DNA from: a virus
Taxonomy: Duplodnaviria; Heunggongvirae; Uroviricota; Caudoviricetes
Length of the DNA: 23,594 nt
Strand: one strand, 5' to 3'
IMG/VR virus record: IMGVR_UViG_2563366837_000008
The notes under the pieces are model-generated. The model searched no databases and was not told where the DNA came from. It saw only the letters and a program-made list of their open reading frames with translations. The position numbers were made by a program, and so were the translations under genes. This document shows positions 22,281 through 23,594 of the stretch, one piece after another; position 1 is the stretch's first letter; every line of letters begins with the position of its first letter.

Positions 22281-23594
22281 ATGGATAAAGTCAAATATCC
22301 AACAGGCGTCGAAAACCACGGCGGCACATTACGCATCTGGTTTAATTTTAAAGGTAAACGTGTCAGGGAAAATCTTGGTGTCCCTGACACTGCCAAGAAC
22401 AGGAAGATCGCCGGGGAACTGCGGACATCAGTATGTTTTGCCATCCGCACAGGAAGCTTTGATTATGCTGCACAGTTCCCTGACTCCCCCAACCTTCAGG
22501 CTTTTGGGGTAAGTAAAAAAGAAATTACGGTGAAGGAACTTGAAGAAAAGTGGCTGGATCTGAAACGAATGGAAATCTCTGCAAATGCATTCAATCGCTA
22601 TGAATCCGTTGCAAGAACGATGGTTCCGAAAATTGGAGGCAGTAGACTGGTGTCATCGGTAACCAAAGAGGAATTGCTGTATATCAGGAAAGATTTGCTT
22701 ACCGGGTATCAGAATTCAACGAAAAACAAAGCAGCAGCAAAAGGACGGAGCGTCGTTACTGTAAATTATTACATGACGACAATCGCTGGAATGTTTCAGT
22801 TTGCTGCAGATCACGGTTACTTAGAAGCAAATCCCTTCCAGGGAATTAAGCCTCTTAAAAGAGCCAGGGCAGAGCCAGATCCGCTAACTCGTGACGAATT
22901 TATTCGCCTGATAGATGCTTGCCGACATCAGCAGACGAAAAACCTGTGGTCATTGGCTGTGTACACAGGAATGCGTCACGGTGAACTGGTCTCCCTGGCC
23001 TGGGAAGATATCGATCTGAAGGCAGGAACAATTACCATCAGGCGCAATTATACGAAACTTGGTGAGTTCACTCTACCGAAAACTGAAGCAAGCACAAACA
23101 GGGTTGTGCACCTTATCCAGCCCGCTATCAGTGTCCTGAAAAATCAGGCTGAAATGACAAGACTGGGTAAGCAGTACAACATCAAGGTGCAACTACGTGA
23201 ATATGGACGTTCAGTGAACCATGAATGTACTTTCGTGTTTAACCCTCAAGTGGTTAGAAAAAGCGAACAGGTAGGTTTTGTCTACAAAGTCGATTCTGTA
23301 GGTGACTCATGGGAAACAGCCATTAAGCGTGCAGGGATCAGGCATCGAAAGGCATACCAGTCACGACACACTTATGCGTGCTGGTCATTATCTGCCGGAG
23401 CAAACCCAAGCTTCATTGCCAGCCAGATGGGCCATGCAAGTGCCCAGATGGTATTCAATGTATACGGAGCATGGATGACTGACAGCAATGCAGAACAGAT
23501 CGCAATGCTGAATCAGAAGCTGACAGATTATGTCCCAATGATGCCCCATAGTCACCAAAGTGACACCAGAGGCTTATTAAAATCAGTAAGTTAA
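22281..23594 (+). CDS. int: Tyrosine site-specific integrase, 437 aa
   Basis: Phage-integrase catalytic signature (R in YTGMRHGEL, H-x-x-R in SRHTYAC, H...Y in GHASAQMVFNVYGAW); GGAGGT RBS; the window ends at its stop codon, so the att site is outside the window. Confidence 0.85.
   Translation: MDKVKYPTGVENHGGTLRIWFNFKGKRVRENLGVPDTAKNRKIAGELRTSVCFAIRTGSFDYAAQFPDSPNLQAFGVSKKEITVKELEEKWLDLKRMEISANAFNRYESVARTMVPKIGGSRLVSSVTKEELLYIRKDLLTGYQNSTKNKAAAKGRSVVTVNYYMTTIAGMFQFAADHGYLEANPFQGIKPLKRARAEPDPLTRDEFIRLIDACRHQQTKNLWSLAVYTGMRHGELVSLAWEDIDLKAGTITIRRNYTKLGEFTLPKTEASTNRVVHLIQPAISVLKNQAEMTRLGKQYNIKVQLREYGRSVNHECTFVFNPQVVRKSEQVGFVYKVDSVGDSWETAIKRAGIRHRKAYQSRHTYACWSLSAGANPSFIASQMGHASAQMVFNVYGAWMTDSNAEQIAMLNQKLTDYVPMMPHSHQSDTRGLLKSVS

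Noticed and set aside
21611-22512. - strand and alternative-frame ORFs overlapping the small genes upstream of xis and the start of int
   Set aside because: All nested within or antisense to better-supported genes.
1-23594. CRISPR arrays or a recognisable restriction-modification, toxin-antitoxin or other known defence system
   Set aside because: No regularly spaced direct repeats with unique spacers; the only methyltransferase is a truncated remnant with no partner endonuclease; I could not recognise a toxin-antitoxin pair by eye.

Overview
The window covers the early/regulatory half and the start of the late region of a lambdoid prophage of Escherichia type, a mosaic resembling Stx-phage, Qin and DLP12 modules. 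All calls rest on reading the six-frame track and sequence by eye; no database search was run. The + strand carries the pL-side arm: an SOS-type CI repressor (15954..16610), a run of uncharacterised accessory genes, two Ea22-like paralogs, xis and int (22281..23594). The - strand carries the pR-side arm: two Rha-type regulators, three small unknown genes, a YdaU-like initiator, DnaC-like loader, DnaB-like helicase, a DUF968 gene broken by an in-frame amber codon, and a Q antiterminator. It continues into the late region: a tRNA-Ile/Arg/Arg cluster, about 1 kb of structured non-coding DNA, a NanS-p-like esterase, an IS200 insertion, an S21-type pinholin, a DUF1327 gene, a SAR endolysin and Rz/Rz1. 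No stx genes are present, although the tRNA...nanS-p scaffold matches the stx-flanking context. An NmpC/Lc-type porin gene sits antisense just downstream of Q. The truncated methyltransferase, the amber codon and the IS200 element suggest partial decay, while int, xis, cI and the replication genes look intact. I found no CRISPR array and no recognisable known defence system. The best candidates for something undescribed are the uncharacterised gene block just downstream of pL (16714..19241), the two paralogous non-coding units in the empty stx slot (5150..5865), and a possible OOP-like antisense RNA between the Rha genes. Coordinates for features not in the ORF track were counted by hand and may be off by a base or two.
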